From the NCBI GenBank assembly GCA_000442015.1, contig KE561324.1, forward strand, positions 1-64,000: a stretch of 64,000 bases of DNA, given 5' to 3'. Within the stretch, counting starts at the first letter, position 1, and the number at the start of each line of letters is the position of its first letter. This DNA comes from Rozella allomycis CSF55 (lineage: Eukaryota). Both the position numbers and the translations under genes were made by a program. Shown one piece after another: positions 47,913 through 60,474 of this stretch. Under the pieces are notes generated by a model that did no database searches, had not been told where the DNA came from, and saw only the letters and a program-made list of their open reading frames with translations.

Positions 47913-48003
47913 ATTGTAAAAATAAAGTAATCTTAACAAAGTATACCATAAGATGCGTTTTCGAATTTCGAAAATATTGAAAAAAAATTGTCAACTCTGC
48001 GGG

Positions 48004-48217
48004 AAGGCAGTGTGAAGCCGGCTTTTAGGAGAGAAATCTCTTGGGAAGGTCTGAGGAACCGCCAGTAGCTCTTAGCTGGAGCTCTCGAGAATTCGAGAGA
48101 GACTTACCAGAAATACACCCGCAAGGGATGGAAATGGTCTCTGGTAGATTACGGCAGTGCGATAAGCCGGGCGTCATTCGATGTAACCCAATTCAGACTA
48201 CTCTCACGCTGCCTTTT
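48004..48217 (+). ncRNA. RPR1: Nuclear RNase P RNA
   Basis: CR-I GGGAAGGTCTGAG, CR-II AGAAA, CR-III TGGAAA, CR-IV AGTGCGAT, CR-V AACCCAATTCAGACTACTC. P1 aaggcagtgtga/tcacgctgcctt, P2 ccggctt/aagccgg, P12 ccc-gcaa-ggg. Ends in TTTT. Confidence 0.95.
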
Positions 48218-48270
48218 ATCATTATTGGATATAATGTGAAACTGTTAGTTTTATTAATTTCATTAAAGGG

Positions 48271-51200
48271 TTACTTGGAGATCCTATTGTCTAATACATG
48301 TATGCTAAAATACCTTTGCTTTTTCTCTGTCAGTCATTGTTATAATTTTGTTATTGACAACACTAAGGCTTGGAATGTAATACAAAGCGCAATAGCGAGC
48401 AAATGGTTCATTCTCAATTTGATTGTTTAAGAAATTCAATTCTTCCAAGTTTGGCATATTGAGATTCTTTTTGATTAAATACGATTACTTTACAGATAAT
48501 TGCAATACATCAATGATTTTATTTGAAGTGATATCAAATCTTTTCAGAGTGTTTATGGTGCCCATGTCGGTGAGAGATCTAATTCGATTTTCCCTGTTTC
48601 AATAATGCCGAGTTTTTACTTTATAGTTAAAACTTCAAGCTTGGTACAACAAGAGAGAGGATTGTTCTGGAAGCTAACTATTTGGTTTTTGTCTAAATAA
48701 AGGTATTTAAGACTGCATATGCCCAAAGGCGTGTCGATCTATTTTAGAATTGAGACGTTTTTACTATTTTAACTCTATTTCCAGTCATGTTTAATAATTC
48801 TAGTTTTGGGAATTGATCGCCCTGAATCCACCATAGATTTTCAATCCCGTTAAGCATCAGATGAAGCTCTTTTAACTCTGGCAACACATATTTATTGGTA
48901 AAAGGATTTCCGAATATTTCGGTACTAATTTGATTTGAAGAAGCAGAGATTGTTTTTATCTTTTTCAAATAGACCAGGGGTTCAATAGAATTTAATTGGT
49001 TAAAGTCAAGATTGACAACTTCAATGTTTATGAATTCAGTTGACCCAAACTTTTTGAAACACTTAATGTCCTTCAAGTTACAATGAGAGATGTCCAAATT
49101 TCTCAAGTGTAAAGTTAAAAGATACACTTGTATGTCTTTATAATACAAAAAGGATATTTGAGAAATCCAAAGAAGAAATCTTTTCGCACAAGAATTCCCT
49201 TGTTAAAACACCCTGAAATTCTTTATTAGCATCTATAAAATTCTCAGCATTAAGATATTCTCCGTTTAAACACTACTAATAACGGAGTAATACGTTACTT
49301 TGAGAGAATTTAAGTGAAAGAGAATATATTTTTTCCAATTATTTGAATAGTCACATACGGGATTCAAGATAACGTCAATGGAGACAAGGTGAAGCGATTT
49401 AAGTTTGAAAAATTCCCAGTTTTCCTTCACGCGGTTTCCAGAAATATCTATCAATATTACAATTTTCTACGTTACAAAGTTCTTGAAGTGTCTCTATGCG
49501 TGCTATCCAATCCAAATTTTGGACTTTGTTGAATGATAAATTGAGTCGTTTAAGAGGCGATATCCCCCATTTAGATAGACTTATGTCATTGTTAGCAAGG
49601 CTAAGTGACCAAAGTTTTTTCAAATGACTTATTGGGCCAACTTCCTTTATTTGGTTATTATCAAGGTGAAGACATTCAAGATTTGGAGTCAATGAGTAAA
49701 TAAACGATGGATCTTGAATCCAATTTCCACACAACGATAGTCTTTCAACACTAGGCAGTACTCTATTATTGTAACTTTCTTACAACATTACATTGCTTGG
49801 AATAAGTCTAAATGACCCACATTGTCCAAAATTAGTATCTTCATTGTGTTTATTATCGATGGTCGAATGGGTGAATCAGTCATAAAAGATTTTAAATGAT
49901 TGACGCCATTAAAGCTTGTTGGACTGCATTTATCTGAAAAATCCAGTATGAATTCTTGCATAGGCAAAATTGGTGAAGATATAAAGTTTCCAACGCAAAA
50001 ATTCTTTCATAAAGATTATTAAAAATTACATTCCTTTTGAAATCTTTTCCATCTAATTTCTTTAATTGTTTCATGGAGCTAGTCAGTGCATATGGATATT
50101 CGCTGGATAATGCTATGGGATTGAACCGTAAATCTAAAGTTTGTAGCTGTTTTATGACTTTTATAACTTTGCAAATTCTATTCCAAGAACTAATTTTGTT
50201 AAATTTAGCTGAAAGTTCTTTTAACATTGGGAGGTTTACGATGGAATCAAACGAAGCCAAGAAACAGTAGTCAATGTTTAAATGCGTGATATTTATTAAC
50301 TCCCTTTGAATAACAAGGCCTGATAAATGGTTAAATTGTAAATTTAGAGCTTTTAAATTTGGCAAAGGATCCTTTATATTAAGCGTACCTTCAAACCCCG
50401 CCAAGTTTAAAGCAGCATCTTTAATATTGACATAACTCTGTAAATGTTCTAAATCTCTCTCCTTCTGCTTCTTATTTTTATAATTATCATCTTTAAATGT
50501 AGCTTTATCACAGAGTCTTGTCAAGTTTCGTTGGTATGCTGCCTCAACCAAGTCCTTCAATTCATGATCATCTTCATTTGTGTCTGTATGAAGCAAGTAA
50601 AGGGGATTTAAGTATTTATCAAATATCAAAATCCAACACTCGTGATTGACCACCGGCATGGTCCATTTTACTATATTTAACACTTCCAAATTGTACAAAC
50701 CCGAAAGGTTTTCAATGTGGATCAACAATTCATCTAAGGATCCTTCAATAAACCCAACAGTGGTGTCATTTTCGGGTTTTGAACCGGTGATAACAATTTT
50801 ATAGCAGCAATTTATTTTTGTATTGTCAAGGCTAACATATTTAAAATTTTTGTAGTCTGTTTCAAAGCAGAATTGATATCGACCCCCGCTTTGATATTCT
50901 ATTTGATTTAGTCGAATCAGGCAGTCATAATATTTGTTCACTTTTAATTTTAACGCATTCCAAAATTGAATAGATGAGCTGATATTAGATTCAAAGTCTT
51001 GAAGCTGATCACTTAAACGAGGCAGGCTTAAAAACTTTCTACCTTGAAGTTCAATGAGTTTCTTGATATTAAGAAACCAAAGAACTTTGAAGATCTCCTT
51101 GTCACGCTTAATTGTTTCGACCTTTGTTCTGAAATAGCTATATTACCAAAACTCGAAAAGTTACGTCAATCTTTGCTTAATAACATTCGACAATATTTTT

Positions 51201-51914
51201 CTATTTTGTTCATTCATGACAATTCCGTCAATACGTGAAAGGTTTAAATAGTAAGTCAACAATGACATGGAATTCGGCACTTCAAAAAGACTATTTTGTG
51301 CATACATCGAGTCAAATAGAATAAGGCTCTTAGAATTTATATGAAAGAGATCGTAAAAAGAGGCAATTGGGTTTCCTGCTATGTTTAGGTAGTTCAAGGA
51401 CAGGTTTGACAAAGCTAATCCAATTATTCTAATTTTATTGTTCGCCAAGTTTAAATCTTCAAGACTTTGATTCCCATATAAATTTTCAATTCTGTTTATC
51501 TCTTTAAACATCAATTTAGGCACGTACTGTTGTCGTTAAGCCAAAGCTTTTTTAGCCCAGAAAAAATTCTAATCTCGGGCGTTATGAGGGCAATATCATT
51601 CGAGTACCTATGTACAGCTTTTAAAATGTTTACAAGTATATTTCACTGGCTGATTTCGAAATGTGGCTCAAGACAACCAGTGACTTTATATTGCACTCAC
51701 ACAGCCAAATCTTTTGAATCGACGTAAACTCTTTGAAATTTACATAGTCTTCCTCATTAAGAACTACTGACATCAAAATCAAATTGGTAATTTGACACGC
51801 ATCGAATGGAACCACAAATCTCGAAGAAAAGGATAAGTCATATTCATGTCTAGGTTTTTGTAAGCTTGATTCACTATCTTCATCTAAAAAGTCCAGAGTG
51901 TCAGGGCCAATCAT
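48271..51914 (-). CDS. LRRC9: Large SDS22-like LRR protein, LRRC9-like (ciliary)
   Basis: Three LRR blocks (WLCECNI, LNLANNKI..IG..L, LDLRFNP) around a central ..SGGRYQF region; about 10 introns. Confidence 0.62.
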
Positions 51915-52159
51915 TTAAAATATAAATAAAACAACAAAAAGTAAAATCTCTACCTTCATTTACTTAATAGAAACAAAACGCCAAATGGCAATTATCTAGT
52001 CTCTAGACCATCTTTTCTCTATATGCGATATATTCATATGCCCGTGTCTTTGAAATTATGAACTTGAGAATGAAAATTCGCAACTTTAGACTACATTTTG
52101 ACATCGATTATATAGTGTATTGATATTATAAAATATAAGTTTACAAGCCACAATAGATA

Positions 52160-53162
52160 ATGTCTGAGAACAATCCACTTCCATTTTATCTGCAGTTCAC
52201 TGCTGGAGCGATCGCGGGGGTTTCAGAAATATGCGCTATGTATCCCCTTGATGGTAATTATTTTAAATCATCTTTAATAGTTGTAAAAACAAGGCTTCAG
52301 TTAAAATTGGGGAATTCTCATTCCTCTATTCTCGATACATTTAAGAAAATAATTAGAAATGAAGGTTTCTTCAGATTGTATAGGGGTTTATTGGCCCCAA
52401 TATTGATAGAAGCTCCCAAACGGGCCACAAAGGTACCATTTATATGAATACATGGTAGTTTGCAGCAAATGAACAATATTCAGTAATCTACCGAAAACTA
52501 TTTAATACAAATGAATTGAATCAAAAACTATCTGTCTTGACTGGAGTAAGCGCTGGGATCACAGAAGGGGCTTTAATTGTACCCTTTGAGCTCATAAAAA
52601 TAAGAATGCAAGATAAGAACAATGTAATGATACTGAATATTGCTATTCAGGTAGGACTATACGAGACAACAATGGACTGCGCAACAAAAATTTATAGAAC
52701 CGAAGGATTAATGGCGTTTTACAAAGGCCTTGAAGCGACTCTTTGGCGCCATGCATTTTGGAATGGAGGATACTTTGGAACGATACATTACATTCGGCAA
52801 AGTATACCGCGCCGAAAAGTAAAACGGAGATATTAAGAATTTAGGAAGAGGATTCTCGATTAATTGATAACTTTATAGCTGGAACAATAGGTGGTACAAT
52901 TGGCACGATATTAAACACACCATTTGATGTGGTTAAAACAAGAATACAAGGTGACACTTCGACGATAAGTAGATCGTCATGGACGATGTCATATCTTCTT
53001 CAAATTGCAAAAAAAGAAGGGTATGGATCACTTAGACCTTCCATTAGATTTAGATCGTTGTATAAAGGGTTTACACCAAAAGTATTAAGGCTCGGACCAG
53101 GAGGAGGAATTTTACTAGTAGTATTTGAGCTGGTGACAAGATGGATGAAAAATATAGCATGA
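52160..53162 (+). CDS. ODC1: Mitochondrial 2-oxodicarboxylate carrier
   Basis: PLPFYLQFTAGAIAGVSEI..MYPLDVVKTR, EAPKRATKF, WRHAFWNGGYFG, KVLRLGPGGGILL. Confidence 0.92.
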
Positions 53163-53240
53163 GGAATTTTAAGCTCTGTGAAATAAACTTATTTTGTAAA
53201 TATTGAAAAGAAATTGAAAATTCCAAAAAATTGAGACTAT

Positions 53241-53390
53241 ATGATTCATGTTTTAACGAAGAACATCGTTTCCCCTTTCTTTCGTGGTTTCTTTAATGGA
53301 CTCGGTTTCTACAGCGTTATTCTCTTTGCTACATTATATTTAAGAAAGCTACCCTTGGGCTATATTCCCTATCACGAACCTTCGGTTTGA
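53241..53390 (+). CDS. 49-aa single-TM microprotein (possibly Mim1-like)
   Basis: MIHVLTKNIVSPFFRGFFNGLGFYSVILFATLYLRKLPLGYIPYHEPSV* fills an otherwise unexplained gap, with AATAAA downstream. Confidence 0.45.
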   Translation: MIHVLTKNIVSPFFRGFFNGLGFYSVILFATLYLRKLPLGYIPYHEPSV

Positions 53391-53495
53391 TTGCCATGTA
53401 TATCGATTTAACCGGAAGCTTCATATTATTAAATAAAGTTTTAATCAAACTGCTTTTCTGATTGAAATTTTCGAATTTGGAGTTCCCAACTTCCC

Positions 53496-55157
53496 ATGGG
53501 TGTTTTTCAGCAATCTTCAAATTTGGTGTTATTTAATGCCTTTTCAAGAATTTTTTCTTTCTTTTTGAACAATGTTCTTGTTAGAAATATTAATACAGAT
53601 GTTTTGGGACTTGTAAATGGTAGATTTGAATATCTTGGCCAGACCATTCTATTTTTGTCTCGAGAGGGAATACGTGTCTCATTATTGAGACACAATTTGA
53701 AAAAGGAAGACCAAGACATAAAAAAAAGAAAATTTATTAATACATGCTGGTTGGTAATACCATTAGGTGTTTGCATTTCGTCAATACTATATCTGATTGC
53801 TTTGAGTACACCTCCACAAGAGATTAGAGACTCGCCCAATCTTCTGAGTGTTTACCAAAAAACCATACTTCTTTACATCACTGCATGTTTTGCTGAATTT
53901 TCGTTTGAACCTATTTATGTATTAATCCAAAATAGCTTGGATTACAGAGACAGGATTGTTGCAGATTTTTTAGCAATTATGGTCCGATCAACGGTTTGTA
54001 TTCTATTTTTGTCTGGTAATAAATCCGAAGATTATGAAACACAATTGAGTAAAGGGTGCCTGGTTTTCGGAACCTCGCAGCTAGCAAGTTCTGTTACTCT
54101 TACGATCGCTTATTTTTACATTGGATTAAAAAAGTGCAAAAAGGATGATTGGCCGATAAAAAATATGTATGGCTACCTTCCCACCATACCAAAATTTGAA
54201 GTTGAAAGTTACTATGCAAATCTAGTGAAAACAATAACCAAACAAAGTTTGTTGAAGCATATATTGACAACAGGAGACACAATTACGCTTAATTTTCTTA
54301 GCAGCTTAAAAGATCAAGGCGTTTATTCTGTGGTTTCAAACTATGGTATGGGCCTTTGCTAACTTTTACCAAAGGTTCTTTGGTTGCAAGAATTTTACTG
54401 CAGCCGATAGAGGAAATTTGCAGAAACTATTTTAGTGTCCAATTCGGTGAATATTCTCTGCTAGATAACGAGGAGAGTAAGGAATCGAAATCCAAAGAAA
54501 TTATGGCTCTTTTTATGGGATTTATTAAATTTTCTATAATTTTTGGATTGTTTTTTGTATGCCTAGGATCACATTATTGTGACATTCTAGTTAAGATTCT
54601 CCTTGGTTCAAATTGGTCTAACGCTGGGATAAAGGAGTCCCTAAGTGTTTACTGCTATTATGTATTTTTTATTTCTATCAATGGAATTCTAGAGGCTTTT
54701 TTACAAAGTTTTATAACAGCAAAATCAATAGGGTACTGGAACAAATCTCTTATTGTTATTTCTGGCGTATATTTATTGATTTCAAATATATTTGTTGTAA
54801 TATGGGGACCTATAGGCTTAATTTATGCTAATATATGCAATATGATACTACGAATACTAGCATCCTATAAAATTATCACACGCGAACTTTGCATTTTCAA
54901 TTTGAGTTTAAATTTAGAAAATATCATTAGAAAAGAATTAATATATCTCTTTATTTTTAGTTCTTTTATTGCACACATCTCCTCTCAAATATACCATGAG
55001 TTATCAACGAGTAATGTTCTTATTAGAATACTCATTGGATTGGCTTTATTCGGGTGTCTCTTTTTGACAATGTAAGCAAATACATCAGCATTAATTTAGT
55101 TTCAAAACTGAAGGAGCATTTTTTAAGAAACATTTCAACTATAAAAAAACAAATTGA
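53496..55157 (+). CDS. RFT1: Man5GlcNAc2-PP-dolichol translocation protein Rft1
   Basis: TILFLSREGIR, QSLLKHILTTGD, QGVYSVVSNYGSLVARILLQPIEE, INGILEAF. Confidence 0.93.
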
Positions 55158-55177
55158 GATTATATTTTATTACACAT

Positions 55178-55555
55178 TTATTTTCCGAGTACATCAGATC
55201 TTGCAAATTCCGCTAAGCATAACAACTTTTTTCGATGTTCATAGCTTATTTGTTTAGATGTCGCTTGTTCCATCGCTTTGTCCAAATTTTCCAAGATCGC
55301 ATCGAAATGTTTGTCTTTTAAATCTAGCAAGCGCTTATGTGCGGATCTCATACTTTGTCCATTGTAAGGTGGTCCGCCGGATACACTACATAAAAATGAG
55401 GTTTGCATTCTCTTGAGTCTATCCACATCTACATTTTTGAAATATGTATTAATCCTTTTGTCCTTTAAAAGCATACTGCAGAATTTATCGACCACTAATG
55501 AAATTGTAACGACTCCCCCAATTTCTTCAAAAAGATTTTCATCATGATCTTTCAT
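55178..55555 (-). CDS. Group I truncated (2/2) hemoglobin, intronless
   Basis: LFEEIGG, VVDKFC, D.RIN.YF, Q..FL....GGP.YNG.SM..AH, HFDA. Confidence 0.9.
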   Translation of the reverse strand: MKDHDENLFEEIGGVVTISLVVDKFCSMLLKDKRINTYFKNVDVDRLKRMQTSFLCSVSGGPPYNGQSMRSAHKRLLDLKDKHFDAILENLDKAMEQATSKQISYEHRKKLLCLAEFARSDVLGK

Positions 55556-55558
55556 GAC

Positions 55559-55571
55559 GTAACTAGGTTAC
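55559..55571. promoter_or_regulatory. RFX X-box-like palindrome GTAACTAGGTTAC
   Basis: Lies 3 nt upstream of the hemoglobin ATG, in the divergent promoter shared with CFAP299. Related motifs occur at 4517-4530, 47190-47203 and 55713-55725. Confidence 0.5.
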
Positions 55572-55723
55572 CGAAATTGAGAGCACTATATTAAATAAAA
55601 GGAACACTCACATTCATTGTTCAATGTAACTTGAAGCGTTTTATGGGGGCGATTGTCAAGGCATATTATTTCCAGTCAAAGTGTTGAGTGCTAAACTTTC
55701 TTATAAACAGTGGTTTCCTAGCA

Positions 55724-56567
55724 ATGACATCACAGATTGAATTAAACCAAGAAGCCCAGTCTGAAATTGCAAATATTGTTGCGGATAACGCAATTTCTGA
55801 ATTTGCTACTTATGAGGACTATTTGGATAGTCAGATAACTCAGCAAGATTTATATTATCTTGATGTAATCATTTTTTTGCGTTTTGACAGGATAAAGATT
55901 TGGCAAGACAGTTAGTTGAACTAGGTTATAGAGGGGCGGGCGACCCAATTAAACGTTCTGAATTTGAATCAAGGAAAGACGTTGCCGAGCAAGCAAGAAT
56001 AGCAAAGCGAAATAACAATAAAATATTGTCGCATACAGGAAAGAATATTTCATCGCCATTTCTGTCTGCTTTAGCAGAACGTGAAGAAGGAAACAGAAGT
56101 GGCAAACTCACTGTAATTTAGGTAGATTTGTAAAGATCTTAGTCTATTATTTTCCTTCGAGTTCTTAATTCGAAAGGACAAGAAATCAGCGGATACATAG
56201 ATTATGCCAGTCGCTTAAAAAACGAAAACTTTGACCAATACTTTAACAGGAATAGAGTCATGATGCCCAAATCTACAGATTTATCATTCTATAATTGGGG
56301 TAAATATATACTGTTTTATAAAACAGATACGCAAATTTGCACATGCAATTCAACGCAAAATTTTCAAGTAGTCACGGATAACGAAGGGGGACTTTTATTC
56401 AAAAATAAAAGGGACAGAAAAGTAATTAATGTAGATCCAAAGGTATTAAATTGAATTAATCACAAAATAAGGTTAAACCAACTGAAAACACCACGAGGCA
56501 TGAAATTATTTCTCCAGAATATATCCAGATTGTAATCTATGATCATATTACAAGAAGAAAATCATAA
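55724..56567 (+). CDS. CFAP299: Cilia/flagella-associated protein CFAP299 (DUF4464)
   Basis: FATYEDYLDSQI..DLYYL..ARQLVELGYRG, LAEREE.NRSGKL, EISGYIDYA, FKNKRDRKVINVDP, YDHITRRK. Confidence 0.92.
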
Positions 56568-56703
56568 CGAGCATATTAAAATAAAGAACAAATTCATGAT
56601 TCTCACTTTAAGACTGAATTGAACATTGTAAGACTAAGATTACGTATAAGTATTCCTTTATGGAAGAAATATGTTTGAGAAAAAGAAGTAAAAAAAATGA
56701 TAC

Positions 56704-58016
56704 TTATTCAAGCTGTTTATTAATCAAAATTTTTACAACATCCAAATCAAATGGAAGAGTTTGATCAAAGTTGATACACTCGATGAATAGTGAGAATGCA
56801 TTTTGAATTTTTAAATAACAAATTTGAATACTTGAAAATTTAAAAAGAAAACATTACCCCTTTGAATTGTATATTTTAAATGAATGTTCAGCCTCACCCA
56901 GCATTTCCAATCTATATTTAAACCCTGAAGAATTAAGAAAGTTGGCAATGTCATTCTTGTTTGAAAGATGAGCTGAAAGTATTAAAAATTTTTCAATCAA
57001 ATTAGATTTTTGGGGTTGCGATGAAACTATGCTTTTGTATTCGCGATAGTAGAGTTTAGAAAACAAGATAGAATTCATTGATGCTTCCGAAGCTGAAAAG
57101 TCAATTTTTTCTTTGCATTCTTTTAATTCGAATTTAAATAATTTGGACATGAACGTGAAAAAGACCTCATTGTCCTTAATCTGGCAACTAGAAAGTGTTC
57201 TTAATTCCTGAGATTCTCTGCAAATCTACATAATGACATTTAAATGATTTTTACTCTTTCAAATATTTGAATATTTTCCACATTCCTTTTAGCCCCTTCC
57301 AGCATATTTATAAACTCCAGATCATTGATCAATTCTTGATAAACTATGAGAGGCATGCCATTCAAATACACTCTCATCTTTGTTTTATGATGATTTGGCA
57401 AATCTATGAAAAATTCATTTTCTCTTGTCACTAACTCTGCTTCAAAACCCGCAAAGGTTCCCGAGTAATCAACAAATATCTTGCCATTTTTAGCGAATAG
57501 TTTCCATCGCTTTTCCCTTAAAGGAAGAATTAAATTTAAATAAAAGTTGTGGTTCTGCTTAATCGATGATGATATTGAAATCCTTGCACAGTCCAGTTTT
57601 GTATATGATTCTTGAAGCATCTAAAATATGCCTTAAAAATAAGTTACATTAGATTTTAAAGAATAATTGACTTTCTTTACTGCTGTATTGAATTGTTTCT
57701 TGGGCTCTTCAATGCTTGAAGATGCAAAGATGGCATCTGCAGGGTTTTGTGTTAAATAGAAGAGTATGTCTGATGCTACATCTAGCTCTGACTTTGCCCA
57801 ACTCATCTCCTCTAAAACTTTCTTTAATTTCTCGTCTTTGCTCTTGGTCTTATTGCTGTAATTTACGTATCTTTCCGCGAGATCATGGAATTGTGATTTT
57901 TGTCTATATAAATATATTTCTTTACGTTACAATTCCTTTATTTCGTTGCCACTTTGATCGTACTCATAAACGGGCTCCTTTTCAAACTTTGGGACAAGCG
58001 ATATCGAAAAAGTCAT
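56704..58016 (-). CDS. MED17: Mediator subunit Med17/Srb4-like
   Basis: MTFSISL..EPVYEYDQSGNE, AKSELDVASDIL, FY..L..LR..WKL...GKIFVDYS..AG resemble the Med17 N-terminal half; 3' end uncertain. Confidence 0.6.
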
Positions 58017-58063
58017 TTGGTAAATTTGTCACAACAGAAAATTGAAATATGGTTTATTAATCA

Positions 58064-59125
58064 TTAAATGGAATTATGAAAGAGAAAAGATATTGATTCA
58101 CCATTATTCACCCTTCTAATCGCCTCTGAAATAATATGGCTCATATCTATCACCACCAGTTTTGCAGATTCTTCATTAACTGGCAATGAGTTGGTGATCA
58201 ATAATTTCAAAATATCACCGCAAGAGTTAATTTTAGACAAAGAGTCACCAGACAAGACTCCATGTGTTGCGATGATGTAAATATCTGTCGCTCCCCTCTG
58301 TTTTAGCAAGTTGGCGGATAGAATAAAAGTATCGGCGCAATCAATTATATCATCCTTGAATATAAAATTAAGTATTTGAGTACATATATAAATGCTATCT
58401 TGCCAGAAATGTCCCCCATCAATGTCAACTGATGATCATTTTCAGCTTTCAAGTGATCATCGTGAATGATGGCAAATGGAATACAAAGCATATCTGCAAA
58501 AGATGTTACTCGTTTCGCAGCACCTAAAATTTGAATAATTCTGAAGGTTACCTGTGTTCTTCGCCACCACAACAGCATTCTTGTAATCTGGAATATTCTC
58601 CACGATAAACTTTGACAAAATGGGATCAACAAGCAAATTATCTACAGGAATATTGAAAAAAGATCTTATTTGAGGCGTATGAAGATCTAATGATATAATA
58701 TGGTTGACGCCTAAATTTCACGGGTTGTGACAAAATACCTGCAACTTCAAGCATATCTGCCACCACTATGAATAATTTTCATAATAAGAATTACATTTTG
58801 CTGCAATAGTTTCTCTTGATGTTTTCTTTTTCGAGTGTTTAGAGTACGGAAAATATGGCATTACAGCGATTATCTTTTTGGCGCTAGATTCTTTGCATGC
58901 CGCAATCATGAGAAGCAATTCCATTAAATTATCGTTGATTGGGCTGCTTCCTGTTTGTATTAGAAAAACATTTTGGTTCCGAATTGATACGCACAAATCC
59001 ACCTTGGTTTCACTATTAGGGTTCCTTTTGATTTTTGCTGGAGAGAGAACGCATGCTAGCTTTTGAGAAATCAATTTAGCTAACTCTTTATGTGAGGAGC
59101 CCGAGAATATTTTTGCTCCTTTCAT
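58064..59125 (-). CDS. Ribose-phosphate pyrophosphokinase, PRS1/PRPSAP-like class
   Basis: IFSGSSH, NDNLMELL, PYFPYSKHSKKK, DLHTPQI, VVAKNTGAAKRVT, DDIID, ATHGVLS. Confidence 0.88.
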
Positions 59126-59237
59126 TGAAACTGAAATTTCAATCACTATAAATTAGATGAAACAACGAAAACTAGAGCCAACTGCCAAAATTGAAAATAG
59201 AATATATATATTTATTAGTTTTAACTTTTAACTAATA

Positions 59238-60448
59238 TCAGAGAGCGCCAATAAAGCACCACCTTCCTTCGCTCTTGGAAGAAAATTCATTGTTTTCTTT
59301 TGGTTTAATAGAGAATAAACCTCCAGGGCTTAAATTCTTTAAACTTTCCTCTTCAACAAAGTGGAAATTTGATGGAACCCAAACTTCTCCCTTTTCCTGC
59401 CGCGAGCGTCGAATGCTTCTTTGCTTTTCTTCTATTTCATTCTTTTCTTTGGTTGCCTTATTGTAATCGCCTGCCTTTAATGCTTCTGTGACCTTTGACC
59501 AGACCTTGAAAGTTTCATTTTCGCTTTGCTCTTCAATTGGTTTCACTTTCGGCTGTTCTATCGAGCTGGACTCTGCATCAAAAAGAAGGCATTCAAATGT
59601 TTCTGTATTTCGAGAATGAAAAACCTTTTCTGTCCATTTACCGTTTAGATAAACTAATTTTTCAGCCTCATTATTGGTAGTAAATATATATCCCTGTAAA
59701 GTATGATATTCTCCGGAGAACCACGGCTTTGGAATAAAATCAACAAAAGCGGATAATCCCGATGACGAAACAATACGAGAGTTTCCTGTCAATTCTAAAA
59801 ACATGCTGACGTTCATTATTCCTCTCAAGTGAAGCTCAGGAAAGGAAACAGTATATTCTTCTTTCCACTTTTCGAGGTATAAGGTCAAACTACCAGTTTG
59901 TTCAACTTTGATCGCAGTTCCTGTAAATTTCGTCTTTTGTCCACAATTTCCTACAAGAAAAGTTCCACTTTCTTTATTTTCAAAGTAAAATGCAGTAACT
60001 GGTGGGTGATGACTGACTACTTGTAGGAAGTGTCACTCCTATTACCTTGCTCGCAACACATCTTTATTTCCCCGTCATTCTTAGTCTCCCAAGAACCAAA
60101 AAACAACTCTCCTAGTATAGGGTTATACGGTTTCTTTTCATTTTTCCCTTTTGTCCATCGCGATGCATATGCACCATACAACTGTGAAACGAACCAGCGA
60201 ACCACAGCTATCATTCTATCTAAGGTAAATAATATTATGAAGCTTATACCTAAAGAATTTTCATAGCTACTAATCAAAATAAAAAGGTCTGGGTGATCCA
60301 TCCAATGAGCAGAATATTCCGTTAAAGATTGCCCACTCAGAAGAATCGAAGGACAACTCATACTACTTAAATCACCTGTCGCCGACGCAATTTGTTTTAT
60401 AAAACTCAAAAACGCACTTCTGTAATTTGCATTATTACCTTCGGTCAT
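59238..60448 (-). CDS. KES1: Short oxysterol-binding protein (Kes1/Osh4 type)
   Basis: GDLSSMSCP.ILL..SL.EYS, EKKPYNPILGELF, EQVSHHPP, KNEIEEKQR. Confidence 0.9.
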
Positions 60449-60474
60449 TCAAATTGCAAGGGTTAAGTGTATGA

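Noticed and set aside
48041-48430. 129-aa plus-strand ORF
   Set aside because: It overlaps the RNase P RNA and runs antisense to the LRR gene's 3' end; no protein signature.
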